From a virus, in the IMG/VR virus record IMGVR_UViG_3300025141_000062, positions 1-64,000 of that record: a DNA stretch of 64,000 bases; one strand, 5' to 3'. The notes beneath the pieces were generated by a model. That model worked only from the letters and a program-made list of their open reading frames with translations. It did not search any database and was not told the DNA's origin. A program made the position numbers and the translations under genes. Positions within the stretch are counted from its first letter, which is position 1, and the number at the start of each line of letters is the position of its first letter. This document shows, piece by piece, positions 19,461-29,797 of this stretch.

Positions 19461-22400
19461 ATGAGGATAATTCATATTGCTGATGTCCACTGGCGTGGAC
19501 TCTCCCGTCACGAAGAATATAGGAAATGCTTTTTAGAGTTTTTTAAAAAAGCAAAAACCCTAGATCCCGATGTAATATATGTTGGCGGAGATATTGTGCA
19601 CTCAAAGACTCAGGGTATATCACCTGAGCTAATTGATAGTCTCTGCTGGTGGTTTACAGAGATGTCTAAAATATGCCCTGTTCATATCATATTGGGAAAT
19701 CATGACGGCTTGATAAGCAACAAAGATCGCCAGGATGCTATTAGTCCAATAATATCAGCTCTGGATAACTCTGAATTACATCTATATAAGGAATCAGGTG
19801 TTTATCCTACGGGTGTACCAGGATTTAACTGGTGCGTCTTTTCATGCTTTGATGAAGAGCGGTGGGATGTAGTCACTCCTGTAGACGGAGATGTCAATAT
19901 TGCATTATACCATGGCGGAGTGTGGGGATCAAAGACAGATATTGACTGGGCCATAGAGGGAGAAATAGATGTTGAATTTTTCTCTAACTTTGAATTTGCG
20001 CTACTTGGTGATATCCATAGAGTTCAATTCCTTAATGATAAAAAGACTGTTGCATATTGCGGATCTTCGATTCAGCAAAATTACGGAGAAGATCCAGATA
20101 AGGGATTTTTATTTTGGGATATAAGAAGTGCAAATGATTTTGATGTTAAGTTTTATCCAATACCACATTTAAATCAATTTGTAACAATTGACTGGCAGGG
20201 TAGTGTAGAAAAGACCTTGTTAATGACAGAAAACTGCCAACAAGAATCTAGATTTAGAATAAGATCCAGCCAAAAAATACATCAATCAGATATCGCTCTA
20301 CTTTATACAAGAATAAAGGCAACGAAGTCTGCATCTGAGATAGTTTTCAAAATAGATCAGGCCCCAGATGCAGAGATAATTCAAGCACAGGGAGAGGTAT
20401 TTTCTAAAAAGAACCTTAGAGACTTTTCTGTTCATCAGAAGTTAATGACATCATATTATGAAATTACTGAAATTCCTGAACATACTTGGAAGAAAATGGA
20501 AGAAAAGATATCAAAATATATTTCTTCAATATCAAGAATGGATGAAGTTTCTAGAAATATAAGGTGGTCAATAAATAAGCTTTCTTTTGATAATACGTTT
20601 TCCTACGGCAAGGAAAATATTTTAGATTTCAATAAGCTTGGTGGGATAACTGGGATATTTGGAAAAAATAGGCAAGGAAAGTCTTCGATAATCGGATCTT
20701 TAATGTACAGCCTGTACAACACAACAGATAGAGGTGGGATAAAAAATCTTCACATTATCAATACTAGAAAGAAACACTGCAGAGCAATAGCAGAAATAAA
20801 TGTAAATGGGTTGTTATACAGGGTAGACAGAGGCACAGTAAAGCACCAGGCAAGAAAGGGACATGTATACGCAACTACAAGTCTCAATATATCAAAAATA
20901 GATAAAGAGGGAAATGTCATAGAGGATATGTCAGGTGAGCAAAGAAGAGATACAGAAAAGATTCTAAAAAAGCTCATAGGCACATCTGAAGACTTTCTCT
21001 TAACTTCGTTGTCTTCTCAAGGTGAGATGAATACATTTATTAAGGAGAAGGCAACTTCTAGAAAAAATATATTAAGTAAATTTCTTGACTTGCAAATATT
21101 TGATCAAATGTTCAATATGGCAAAAGAGGAGTCGTCAGGGATACGTGTAGAGGCAAAAAATCTTCCAAAAATAGACTGGGATTGTGAGATAGATAAAATA
21201 GTCTTAGCAATTGAAAAGAAAAGAGAGAGCTCATGTCAGTATGAGACAGATTTATTAAAGCTTAGATCAAAGCAGCAAGATCTCAAAATTGAGCTTGCAA
21301 CATCTCCAGATAGAGACCTTGTAACAATAGACGATGTCAATTATCAAAAGAAGCTTATTTTAGATTCCAATAAAAAAATTACCACACTAAATAAAAAATC
21401 CCTAGATCTATCTTGTGAGATAGAGCTATCAGAAGAAAAAATTAAAAAAATTAAACTTGTAAAGTCTCAATTTCCAGTAAGCGAAATTAAGCAAAAGATA
21501 AAAGACTTAAGGACAGCAAGAACAGAGCATCTGAAACTAGAGCATGAGACAGATAGGCAGAAAGCAATACTTTCAAATCAAGAAAAGTCAATAAAAAAGC
21601 TAGAAAACATACCATGTGGAGACTCATTTCCAAAGTGTAAATTTATAAAAGATTCTTATAAGAATAAGTCAAAAATAGATGAGCAGAGACAGCTAATTTC
21701 AATATTGTCAAGTCAGATAAAAGACTCTAAAAGATACATAAGACTTTTAGAAAAAGAAAGCTTAGAAGAAAATCTTAAAAAGCATGAAGCACTTATTAAA
21801 AAAGAATCAATACTTAGCGTTGATATTTCATCAAAGAAAATAACTCTCCACGAGACAGACTCTGAGATATCACAGCTAAGCAAAAAGATAGAATCTCTAA
21901 ATGATGATCTATCAGAAATGGAAATGAGAGTAGTTGATGATGATTCAGAGAACACTGCAATAAAAATAAAGAGAAAGCTATCAGATATTTCATATAAGAT
22001 AGCTGAAATTGATGCAAAAAGAATTTCTCTAGTTGAGCAAATTGGAAGTAGTGAAACTAGGTTGTCAAACCTAAAGTTAGAAAAAAAGAAGTCAAAAGAT
22101 ATATCTGACAAGCTACAAGTTTACGATCTTATTCTTCAAGCAGTTTCTAAAAATGGAATACCTAGACAGATAATGAGATCTCAATTACCCGTTATTAACT
22201 CTGAGATTTCAAATATTCTTCAAGGTATAATGGGGTTTACAGTAGAGCTGGAGGCAGACTCTGATTCCAACTCAATGGATATCTTTATTAACTACGGAGA
22301 TTCTCGTAGAATAATTGAACTAGCCTCTGGTATGGAAAAGATGATAGCGTCGCTTGCAATAAGGGTTGCATTAATCAATGTTTCTTCTCTTCCTAAGACA

Positions 22401-22598
22401 GACTTGTTTATAATTGATGAAGGCTTTGGAAATCTTGATGAAAATAATATTGCAGCATGCAATAGACTTCTTACGTCTATGAAAAAGTGGTTTAAAAATA
22501 TTTTAATAATTTCTCATGTAGAGGGTGTCAAAGATGTAGTTGATAACGTTCTCGATATATCCTCAGTAGAAAAGGATGCAAAAATTGTACACATATAA
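19461..22598 (+). CDS. fused Mre11/SbcD nuclease - Rad50/SbcC ATPase (T4 gp47-gp46-like)
   Basis: Phosphoesterase motifs IADVH, GGDIVH, GNHD, YHG, GDIH. Walker A GKNRQGKS, coiled coil with central CGDSFPKC hook, signature ASGMEK, Walker B IIDEGFG, ISH. Confidence 0.9.
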   Translation: MRIIHIADVHWRGLSRHEEYRKCFLEFFKKAKTLDPDVIYVGGDIVHSKTQGISPELIDSLCWWFTEMSKICPVHIILGNHDGLISNKDRQDAISPIISALDNSELHLYKESGVYPTGVPGFNWCVFSCFDEERWDVVTPVDGDVNIALYHGGVWGSKTDIDWAIEGEIDVEFFSNFEFALLGDIHRVQFLNDKKTVAYCGSSIQQNYGEDPDKGFLFWDIRSANDFDVKFYPIPHLNQFVTIDWQGSVEKTLLMTENCQQESRFRIRSSQKIHQSDIALLYTRIKATKSASEIVFKIDQAPDAEIIQAQGEVFSKKNLRDFSVHQKLMTSYYEITEIPEHTWKKMEEKISKYISSISRMDEVSRNIRWSINKLSFDNTFSYGKENILDFNKLGGITGIFGKNRQGKSSIIGSLMYSLYNTTDRGGIKNLHIINTRKKHCRAIAEINVNGLLYRVDRGTVKHQARKGHVYATTSLNISKIDKEGNVIEDMSGEQRRDTEKILKKLIGTSEDFLLTSLSSQGEMNTFIKEKATSRKNILSKFLDLQIFDQMFNMAKEESSGIRVEAKNLPKIDWDCEIDKIVLAIEKKRESSCQYETDLLKLRSKQQDLKIELATSPDRDLVTIDDVNYQKKLILDSNKKITTLNKKSLDLSCEIELSEEKIKKIKLVKSQFPVSEIKQKIKDLRTARTEHLKLEHETDRQKAILSNQEKSIKKLENIPCGDSFPKCKFIKDSYKNKSKIDEQRQLISILSSQIKDSKRYIRLLEKESLEENLKKHEALIKKESILSVDISSKKITLHETDSEISQLSKKIESLNDDLSEMEMRVVDDDSENTAIKIKRKLSDISYKIAEIDAKRISLVEQIGSSETRLSNLKLEKKKSKDISDKLQVYDLILQAVSKNGIPRQIMRSQLPVINSEISNILQGIMGFTVELEADSDSNSMDIFINYGDSRRIIELASGMEKMIASLAIRVALINVSSLPKTDLFIIDEGFGNLDENNIAACNRLLTSMKKWFKNILIISHVEGVKDVVDNVLDISSVEKDAKIVHI

Positions 22599-22884
22599 TG
22601 TAGTTGAGGGCTTAAGACACATAAGATGTAAGTCTGGACTTGTAGTCGTTTACCCAAAGGATCTATCAAAGCCAACACCACTATTTTGTCCAATATGTGA
22701 ATATATCATGAGAAGTAGATCTGACTCACAGTACTATGAAAAGTTTAATTGCTGCTATGAGTGCGGAATGAAGTGGGCTGAAATCGATCAAGAGTCTTGG
22801 AGCCAGGGAAATAGACCTTCAAAAAAAGAAGTTAGTGATGAAATTAAAAAGAGAAAATCTATTCCTATCTCTTTCTACTTTTGA
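22576..22884 (+). CDS. small Cys-rich (zinc-binding) hypothetical protein
   Basis: CPIC...CCYEC motifs. Confidence 0.55.
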   Translation: MQKLYTYNVVEGLRHIRCKSGLVVVYPKDLSKPTPLFCPICEYIMRSRSDSQYYEKFNCCYECGMKWAEIDQESWSQGNRPSKKEVSDEIKKRKSIPISFYF

Positions 22885-22911
22885 GAGATACATATTGAAG
22901 AGGTATAAAAA

Positions 22912-23292
22912 ATGCTTAATTTTCATGAAATTAATGTTCTAGGTGGAATATGTGATTCGACTATTGGAAGAAGCTCAACTGTAAAATCTCCAACAGTATC
23001 CATTAAAACAAGCTTACAGGGTGATATGTTTTCAGTAACATACACTACTGTTGTAAATCTTGCATCTGTATATGAAATGAGAGCGCTTGCCAAGCGCTAT
23101 GAAGAAGAGTCAATCGGTGTAATTAAAGAATATATCAAGCATGTTAAAAAGGACTTTAAGTCAGAGGCTGGTAGGTCACTAAAAATTAAAGAAGAGTTTT
23201 CAAATGATAGTTTTGATGTAATCACAACTTCTCCATTTTCACCAAGAAGAACTGCGTACTATAAAAGAACATCATCATTTAGAGTTGGCTAA
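22912..23292 (+). CDS. hypothetical protein translationally coupled to terminase
   Basis: GAGG SD; TAATG overlap with the TerL start. Confidence 0.6.
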   Translation: MLNFHEINVLGGICDSTIGRSSTVKSPTVSIKTSLQGDMFSVTYTTVVNLASVYEMRALAKRYEEESIGVIKEYIKHVKKDFKSEAGRSLKIKEEFSNDSFDVITTSPFSPRRTAYYKRTSSFRVG

Positions 23293-24920
23293 TGTCAACA
23301 ACAAACAAGTCAAGGCAAGTTAAGGAGATAATTAAGTGTGGAAAAGATCCCATTTACTTCTTTAACAAGTATACAAAAATACAACATCCAGTAAGGGGTC
23401 TTATTCCGTTTGACACGTATGCCTTTCAGGATGATTGCATTGATACGTTTATAGAAAATAGATTTTCAATCATCGTCAAGTCAAGGCAGCTAGGTCTATC
23501 TACACTGACAGCAGCATATGCAACCTGGCTTGCAATATTCCAGAAAGATAAAAACATTCTAATTATCGCAACAAAGCTTAGTGTTGCACAAAACTTTATT
23601 AAAAAAGTTAAGACAATAATTAGAAATCTTCCAAAATGGCTCGTACTTCCACAGATAGTGTCAAACAATAAGCAGTTATTGGAATTTAGCCACGGATCGT
23701 CAATTAAGGCAATCCCGACATCAGATGATGCAGGAAGGTCTGAGGCACTGTCATTACTGATTATTGACGAGGCAGCATTTGTAAGAAACTTTGATGAATT
23801 GTGGATGGGACTTTACCCTACAATCTCAACAGGAGGAAGGGTCGTCATTCTATCTACACCAAACGGTGTAGGAGGACAGTACCATGAGCTATATACACAT
23901 GCAGAGTCTGGACTAAATGAGTTTAAGGCAATTAGACTCCCGTGGGATGTACATCCAGAAAGAGATCAAGAATGGTTTGAAAGAGAGACTAAGAACTTCT
24001 CAGTAAGAAAGGTTGCACAAGAGTATCTTTGTGACTTTGCATCTTCTGGTGAGACTTTTTTAACAGATCAAGATTTAAAATTTCTCCACTCTCAGATAAG
24101 AAGCCCAATAGACAGGGGAGGAAGAGACATGAATGTCTGGATATGGAAGTACCCACTTTCAGACAGGAGATATATTCTATCAGCAGACGTCTCAAGAGGC
24201 GATTCTAAAGACTACTCTACGTTCCATATAATAGATGTAGATGGGTGTGAAGTTGTTGCTGAGTATAAGGGAAAGATTCCCCCAGATGACTTTGCTGTGC
24301 TTATTAATGAATTTGGTCTAAAATATAATAAGGCAATTGTCTGTCCGGAAAACAATAGCTATGGATTTGCGACAATAATAAAGCTAAAGGATTTAAACTA
24401 TCCCACTCTCTACTATAGAAGACGAAAAGCAGTGATTATTGGAGACTATATACCCCCTGGTGATACACAAGTTGCAGGATTTACAACAAGTGGAAAGACA
24501 AGGGGAATGATACTTACAAAGCTTGAAGAGGTCATTAGAAATAAGCAGATCGGAATATATTCATCAAGATTTTATGAAGAGATGAAGACATTTATATGGA
24601 AAGGCGGAAAAGCGCAAGCTATGAGAGGAAACTATAATGACGACCTAGTTATAAGTCTTGCAATAGGTTGCTGGCTATATGATTCATCTTCTGATCATAG
24701 TAGAAACTCTGCTGCACTTAATAAAGCTATGCTTGAAGCCATGAGTGTTAAGACAAATACAATGGACATGCCAAGAGATATTCCTTCTGCAATTTCTGAC
24801 AATAGGCCTTATAATCCGATTAGAACAGATTCTAGCGACAATAAAAGAAATTCAAAATGGCAAGATAAGTGGGGTCAAAAATGCTCAATTTCACCTGAAT
24901 TTGAGTGGGTGTATAAATAA
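23292..24920 (+). CDS. terL: terminase large subunit (T4 gp17-like)
   Basis: KSRQLGLST Walker A, LLIIDEAAF Walker B, STPNG coupling motif, nuclease ADVSRG..DYS and NDDLV. Confidence 0.95.
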   Translation: MSTTNKSRQVKEIIKCGKDPIYFFNKYTKIQHPVRGLIPFDTYAFQDDCIDTFIENRFSIIVKSRQLGLSTLTAAYATWLAIFQKDKNILIIATKLSVAQNFIKKVKTIIRNLPKWLVLPQIVSNNKQLLEFSHGSSIKAIPTSDDAGRSEALSLLIIDEAAFVRNFDELWMGLYPTISTGGRVVILSTPNGVGGQYHELYTHAESGLNEFKAIRLPWDVHPERDQEWFERETKNFSVRKVAQEYLCDFASSGETFLTDQDLKFLHSQIRSPIDRGGRDMNVWIWKYPLSDRRYILSADVSRGDSKDYSTFHIIDVDGCEVVAEYKGKIPPDDFAVLINEFGLKYNKAIVCPENNSYGFATIIKLKDLNYPTLYYRRRKAVIIGDYIPPGDTQVAGFTTSGKTRGMILTKLEEVIRNKQIGIYSSRFYEEMKTFIWKGGKAQAMRGNYNDDLVISLAIGCWLYDSSSDHSRNSAALNKAMLEAMSVKTNTMDMPRDIPSAISDNRPYNPIRTDSSDNKRNSKWQDKWGQKCSISPEFEWVYK

Positions 24921-24966
24921 TTTATGTAGATCCAACAATGCTGTATATTGAATCTGGAGAGTAGCT

Positions 24967-27087
24967 ATGGCAAAAAAGGGAGAAGAAAGCCTGTTTAGGA
25001 GGCTTACCCAGCTGTTTAGAAGCGGCCCTGTTATTAAGCGAAAGATAAAAGCTTATTCAAACAACAGACCTTCGTCAGCTTTTGATATTTTTAGAAAAAA
25101 TCAAAGTCACGTCTATAATACTGCCATGAGCGCGTATGGCACATATGATAGAATGGCAAGATATTCAGACTTTAGTGAGATGGAATACACACCTGAAATA
25201 TCTTCTGCTTTGGATGTGTACTCTGAAGAGACAGCTGCTTCAGATGAAAACTCTCAGATACTTCATGTTCATTCTGAGAATCCAAAAATCATGAAGCTTT
25301 TAGAAGAGCTATTTTTTGATACAATAAATATTGAATTTAATCTAACATCATGGGTTAGAAATCTTTGTAAATACGGAGATTTTTTCTTATTTAATGATGT
25401 CTCACCAGACCACGGTATTATTAATGTATTGCCAATACCTGTAAATGAAATCGAGAGAGAAGAGGGATTTGACCCAGAAGACCCACTTGCAGTAAGATTT
25501 AGGTGGGTCACACAGGGAAATCAAGTTCTTGAAAATTGGCAAGTTTCTCATTTTAGATTGCTGGGAAATGATGCATTCTTGCCGTACGGCTCATCAGTCC
25601 TAGAGTCTGCAAGAAGAATTTGGAGGCAGTTAATTCTTGTTGAAGATGCCATGCTGGTCTACAGGGTGGTTAGATCTCCAGAAAGAAGAGTGTTTAAAAT
25701 TGATGTCGGAAACGTTCCGCCCGAAGACATTCCAAACTATATGGAACAAGTCCAGACAACACTTAAGAGAAGCCAGGTTGTAGATAAGACTACTGGAAGA
25801 GTAGACCTTAGGTATAACCCAATGTCAGTCGACGAAGACTACTATCTGCCCGTTAGGGGGTCAGAGTCAGGAACATCTATTGAGACACTTGCCGGTGGGT
25901 CAAATGCAACTGCAATTGAAGATGTTGAGTATATACAAAAGAAGCTATTTGCAGCGCTAAAGATACCAAAGGCATATCTTGGATATGATGAAGGGCTAGG
26001 GGCAAAAGCAACCCTTGCTCAAGAAGATATTAGATTCTCTAGGGCTATTAATAAGATACAGAGGACTATAATATCCGAGCTCAATAAGATTGCAATTATT
26101 CACCTTTATTCATATGGGTTTGAAGGTGAGGATCTTCTTGATTTTAATCTTATGCTTTCAAATCCATCTACAGTTGCACAGCAGCAAAAACTTGAATTAT
26201 TTAGAACGAGATTTGAAATAGCTGGAAGCCCGCCAGAGGGTCTTGTCGATAGAGACTTTTTAAGAAAAAATATATTAAATCTAACAGATAAGCAAATAGC
26301 TGAAATTGAGCAAGGTAAGGTTGAAGATAAGCTTGTTGATCTTGAGGTAGAGGCAACTAAGCTTCCCACCCCAGTATCACAAGAAGGTGGTGAGGGCGAT
26401 GATGCGCCGCCAGATGACTTCGGCGGAGGAGACGAATCACCTCCCGCAGACCTGGCTTCAGACGATAGAAATACAAATTCACTACCAGTCTTAATAGGTG
26501 ACGGTGGAAAGGATGATATTGATATCTCTGAGGCAGATGACGACGATATTGTAAGATTTAGAATAGATGATGAAAATGCACCTATACTTGCACAGCACAA
26601 GATAAGCATTCATTCAAATATACTATCAGAAGATGGAGATGTTGACAAAGATGACTCTAGTGATGATAAAGATTCTAACCAGAATGAAGAAATGTCCCAG
26701 GCTGATAGGGCAAAAAAGAACAGGTCAAGAAGGAGAAAGAATACGCTTACTACAATCGGAGGACGAGGATTATTTCCAGATATCAATGCAATGGTTTCTA
26801 CGGATAGGAAAAATCCAGATGATTCAATAGAGCACCCATTCGGCAGGCTTGATTTTTTTAAAGATGAAACAAGGTCATTAATAAATCCACTTAAAGAATC
26901 CGAAGATGATACAGATGTTGATCTAGACCTATCATTTTATGAGAATTTCTTTAGTAGAAGCACAACAAAACAGGCAAAGATGACATCAGACCTTAGATCT
27001 ACATTAAAATCTCTTGAGAAAAGAATAAGTATTGATAAAAGGGAGATCTTAACAGAGTCCGATACCGAGGATGAAGAAGTAATTTAA
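24967..27087 (+). CDS. portal protein (T4 gp20-like) with a long acidic C-terminal extension
   Basis: EDAMLVYRVVRSPERRVFKIDVGN, EDYYLPVRG, IETLAGG, EDVEYIQKKLFAALKIP. Confidence 0.95.
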   Translation: MAKKGEESLFRRLTQLFRSGPVIKRKIKAYSNNRPSSAFDIFRKNQSHVYNTAMSAYGTYDRMARYSDFSEMEYTPEISSALDVYSEETAASDENSQILHVHSENPKIMKLLEELFFDTINIEFNLTSWVRNLCKYGDFFLFNDVSPDHGIINVLPIPVNEIEREEGFDPEDPLAVRFRWVTQGNQVLENWQVSHFRLLGNDAFLPYGSSVLESARRIWRQLILVEDAMLVYRVVRSPERRVFKIDVGNVPPEDIPNYMEQVQTTLKRSQVVDKTTGRVDLRYNPMSVDEDYYLPVRGSESGTSIETLAGGSNATAIEDVEYIQKKLFAALKIPKAYLGYDEGLGAKATLAQEDIRFSRAINKIQRTIISELNKIAIIHLYSYGFEGEDLLDFNLMLSNPSTVAQQQKLELFRTRFEIAGSPPEGLVDRDFLRKNILNLTDKQIAEIEQGKVEDKLVDLEVEATKLPTPVSQEGGEGDDAPPDDFGGGDESPPADLASDDRNTNSLPVLIGDGGKDDIDISEADDDDIVRFRIDDENAPILAQHKISIHSNILSEDGDVDKDDSSDDKDSNQNEEMSQADRAKKNRSRRRKNTLTTIGGRGLFPDINAMVSTDRKNPDDSIEHPFGRLDFFKDETRSLINPLKESEDDTDVDLDLSFYENFFSRSTTKQAKMTSDLRSTLKSLEKRISIDKREILTESDTEDEEVI

Positions 27088-27088
27088 A

Positions 27089-27937
27089 ATGAAAAGCTCA
27101 CATAATAAAAAAAGAAATGTAGGAATAGTCTATGAGCTTCTTCTTAGGCATGTATCGTCTATGTTGATTGAAGAAAGTAGGAAAAATGCTCAAAAAGCGC
27201 TGGATATTATTGAAAAATATTTTAATGAAAATACAGAACTATATAAAGAGTTTAGGCTTTTTAATGCGCTAGCCAAGTCAACTGTTAGTGATACTCCAAT
27301 AGCAGCTGCAGTCCTAACTGAAGCAAAATCAGCAGCAAGACGGTGCAATGTTAAATCTCTGAATAGAGAGAAGTCAATGCTGATTAAAGAAATAAATTAT
27401 AAAATAAATGACTCACAGTTCTACTATAGAAGAATACCTGAATATACAGTCTATGCAACTATTCAGTCTCTTTTAAATGAGTGGAGAAAGAATGATTTAT
27501 CTGATCTATCAAAAATTGTCGACTATGAATCAAAAATAGTCAGATGGCTACTGGAAGAGAAGGTGAATGAAAATATAGAGGATCAAGTTGATCCAAATAT
27601 TGATAAGCTTGTTGTTAAAATTTTAACAGAAAAATTTAATAAAAAATATGATAAGACATTAAATACAGAGCAGAAAGACATTATTAGATCTTACGTTTTT
27701 TCAATGTCGTATGATGAAGGTAGATCAATATATAAAAAGCTCAATGAAATAAAAGATAGAACGGTTTATGAGCTTGACAAATTTAGGAAAGAGACAGACA
27801 GCCAAGTCATTCTTGAAAAAATAGGTGAAGTCAAACAGAGAATATCAAATATAGATTTAGGTAAAATAGACGACCAATCTATATCTAGATTTCTCTTAGT
27901 ATCAAGGCTTAAAGATGAACTTCTGGAGGAGAGATGA
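27089..27937 (+). CDS. hypothetical head-module protein
   Basis: 282-aa helical ORF between portal and protease. Confidence 0.6.
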   Translation: MKSSHNKKRNVGIVYELLLRHVSSMLIEESRKNAQKALDIIEKYFNENTELYKEFRLFNALAKSTVSDTPIAAAVLTEAKSAARRCNVKSLNREKSMLIKEINYKINDSQFYYRRIPEYTVYATIQSLLNEWRKNDLSDLSKIVDYESKIVRWLLEEKVNENIEDQVDPNIDKLVVKILTEKFNKKYDKTLNTEQKDIIRSYVFSMSYDEGRSIYKKLNEIKDRTVYELDKFRKETDSQVILEKIGEVKQRISNIDLGKIDDQSISRFLLVSRLKDELLEER

Positions 27938-28548
27938 GCGATAAACTTCAATTGCTTACAGAGTGGATGCCACTTACGTATGATCCAAAAACTATTAATG
28001 AATCCTTAGAGAAAAATGGAGGAAAGTTTCTTTTAAAGGGCGTCTTGCAAAAGTCAGACACTCTAAATCAAAATGGTAGAATTTATCCTCATGCAATTCT
28101 TGAAAGAGAAATTAGGAATTATCAAAAATTTATTAGAGAAAATAGGGCGCTAGGTGAATGTGACCATCCAGATTCCTCAGTTGTAGAGCTTAAAAATGCA
28201 TCTCACATTGTAAGAGAGGCACACATGGATGGAGACGTTTGTGTGGGGACAGTTGAGCTTCTCGACACACCTAGTGGAAAGATACTTCAAAGCCTAGTTC
28301 AATCAGGTGTAACTTTGGGAATATCTTCAAGAGGTGTTGGGACTACAAAATCTCAAGGAGAGACGCAAATAGTCCAAGAAGACTTTCAGCTAATTTGTTT
28401 CGATATGGTTTCTGAACCATCCACACCAGGTGCATTTATGCTTAGTGAAGGAAAAAATGTATCAAAAAAGGATCTAGATAACTTTTTTACTAAGAGTGAT
28501 AAGGTTGATAGAATATTTAACGAAATACTATCATGGGGAGATGAGTAA
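27934..28548 (+). CDS. prohead protease (T4 gp21-like)
   Basis: NQNGRIYP, ALGECDHP, ASH, LLDTPSG, GISSRGVG, DMVSEPSTPGA. Confidence 0.95.
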   Translation: MSDKLQLLTEWMPLTYDPKTINESLEKNGGKFLLKGVLQKSDTLNQNGRIYPHAILEREIRNYQKFIRENRALGECDHPDSSVVELKNASHIVREAHMDGDVCVGTVELLDTPSGKILQSLVQSGVTLGISSRGVGTTKSQGETQIVQEDFQLICFDMVSEPSTPGAFMLSEGKNVSKKDLDNFFTKSDKVDRIFNEILSWGDE

Positions 28549-28982
28549 TGTCGTATAATCAGCTAAAACCCGGTCCAAACTTTGTTCCAGCGTATCAGCT
28601 TTCAGGAGTTCCCTATGTAACTTCAAGTGTTGGTGTAACAACAACACCTGTAGAGATAGAATTTCCCCAGGCTACGAGATTTTTTCAAGTTATAAATACG
28701 GGTGATACAAGTGCGCACCTGAGAGTTGGATTTACTGCAAATGGTGTAAATGCAAATCCCACAACAAATGGACATTATTTTATACTTTCAGGTACAAAAT
28801 CAACTGAAAGGCTAGAGCTAAGGTGTAAATCTGTATTTATAAGAGCAGATGGGTCTCAAGTAGGAAGCTTCAGTCTAATAGCCGGCCTATCAGGTGTAGA
28901 TGCAGGAGACTTTCCAATACTAACTGGTTCAATATCTGGATCTGGAAGAACAGCAGAGCCTAGATTTAAAGGAGTAGGGTGA
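28548..28982 (+). CDS. small beta-rich putative virion (decoration-like) protein
   Basis: 144 aa, beta pattern, VTSS/LTGSISGS motifs, in the head module. Confidence 0.5.
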   Translation: MSYNQLKPGPNFVPAYQLSGVPYVTSSVGVTTTPVEIEFPQATRFFQVINTGDTSAHLRVGFTANGVNANPTTNGHYFILSGTKSTERLELRCKSVFIRADGSQVGSFSLIAGLSGVDAGDFPILTGSISGSGRTAEPRFKGVG

Positions 28983-29491
28983 TGGCAAAGCTCTCAAAGA
29001 GAATGCTTAAGGAGATTGTCAAAGAGTGTCTTGTTGAAATATTAAATGAAGGAATCTCAGGAAATTCTTTAAATAATTCTCGACACACGGGAGGCTCTAT
29101 AAGTGAGAATAAAAGAGCAGGCACGCTAATGAAAAATATGTCTAAAAACAATCTTCTAAGGTCGACAAGACCTGCTCTAGATTCTGTCAGCTACGGAAAA
29201 GAGCAAAAGATAGAAAATGGAAATTTTAGCAAAAACGTGTCATCTGCTGTTAATTCTTTAACTTCTGACCCAGTTCTTTCTTCAATATTTGAAGATACTG
29301 CAAGAACAACACTTCAAGAGCAAAAATCATCTGAATCCTCTAGCTCATCTATTGTTTCACACATGGCAGCTGCAATGTCACAGGGCGATACAGCTGCAAA
29401 GATCGTAGCCCAGAACGATCCAACTGATATTTTTGGCGGAGCTGCAGAAAAATGGGCATCACTTGCATTTTCTGATTCTGCAAATAAGTGA
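28979..29491 (+). CDS. hypothetical head-associated protein
   Basis: N-terminal LKEIVKECLVEILNE helix. C-terminal KWASLAF resembles the scaffold end RWAKLAG. Confidence 0.55.
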   Translation: MMAKLSKRMLKEIVKECLVEILNEGISGNSLNNSRHTGGSISENKRAGTLMKNMSKNNLLRSTRPALDSVSYGKEQKIENGNFSKNVSSAVNSLTSDPVLSSIFEDTARTTLQEQKSSESSSSSIVSHMAAAMSQGDTAAKIVAQNDPTDIFGGAAEKWASLAFSDSANK

Positions 29492-29562
29492 AGCAAGATT
29501 AGATTATTCTTATCTTTAGACAATATGTATGATTGAAGTCACTCTTACAACAGGAGAACATT

Positions 29563-29796
29563 ATGGCTAGAGTTAAAAGACTAACACCCAGCGTCTTAAG
29601 AAGAATCATCAGTGAAGAAAAAAAGAAAATTGATGGTGCAAAAGAAGTTAAGGCAAAAGATATGGCAAATACCCTATCTAATAAAATTGACTATCTTAAG
29701 GCACTTAAGATTCGTGAAGTAAAGCTTAAAAGAAAGCTTAGTAAAATAATTAACGAAAGAAAGAGAGTCAAAACGTCAATAATGAAGGATTTATAA
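29563..29796 (+). CDS. small basic hypothetical head-associated protein
   Basis: ATG at 29563 follows AGGAG, a better start than the TTG at 29533. Contains LRRIISEE. Confidence 0.6.
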   Translation: MARVKRLTPSVLRRIISEEKKKIDGAKEVKAKDMANTLSNKIDYLKALKIREVKLKRKLSKIINERKRVKTSIMKDL

Positions 29797-29797
29797 G

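Noticed and set aside
24912-24919. Exact T4 late promoter TATAAATA upstream of the portal gene
   Set aside because: It overlaps the TerL last codons and stop (TAT AAA TAA), and other structural genes use ATANTTA, so it is probably coincidental.
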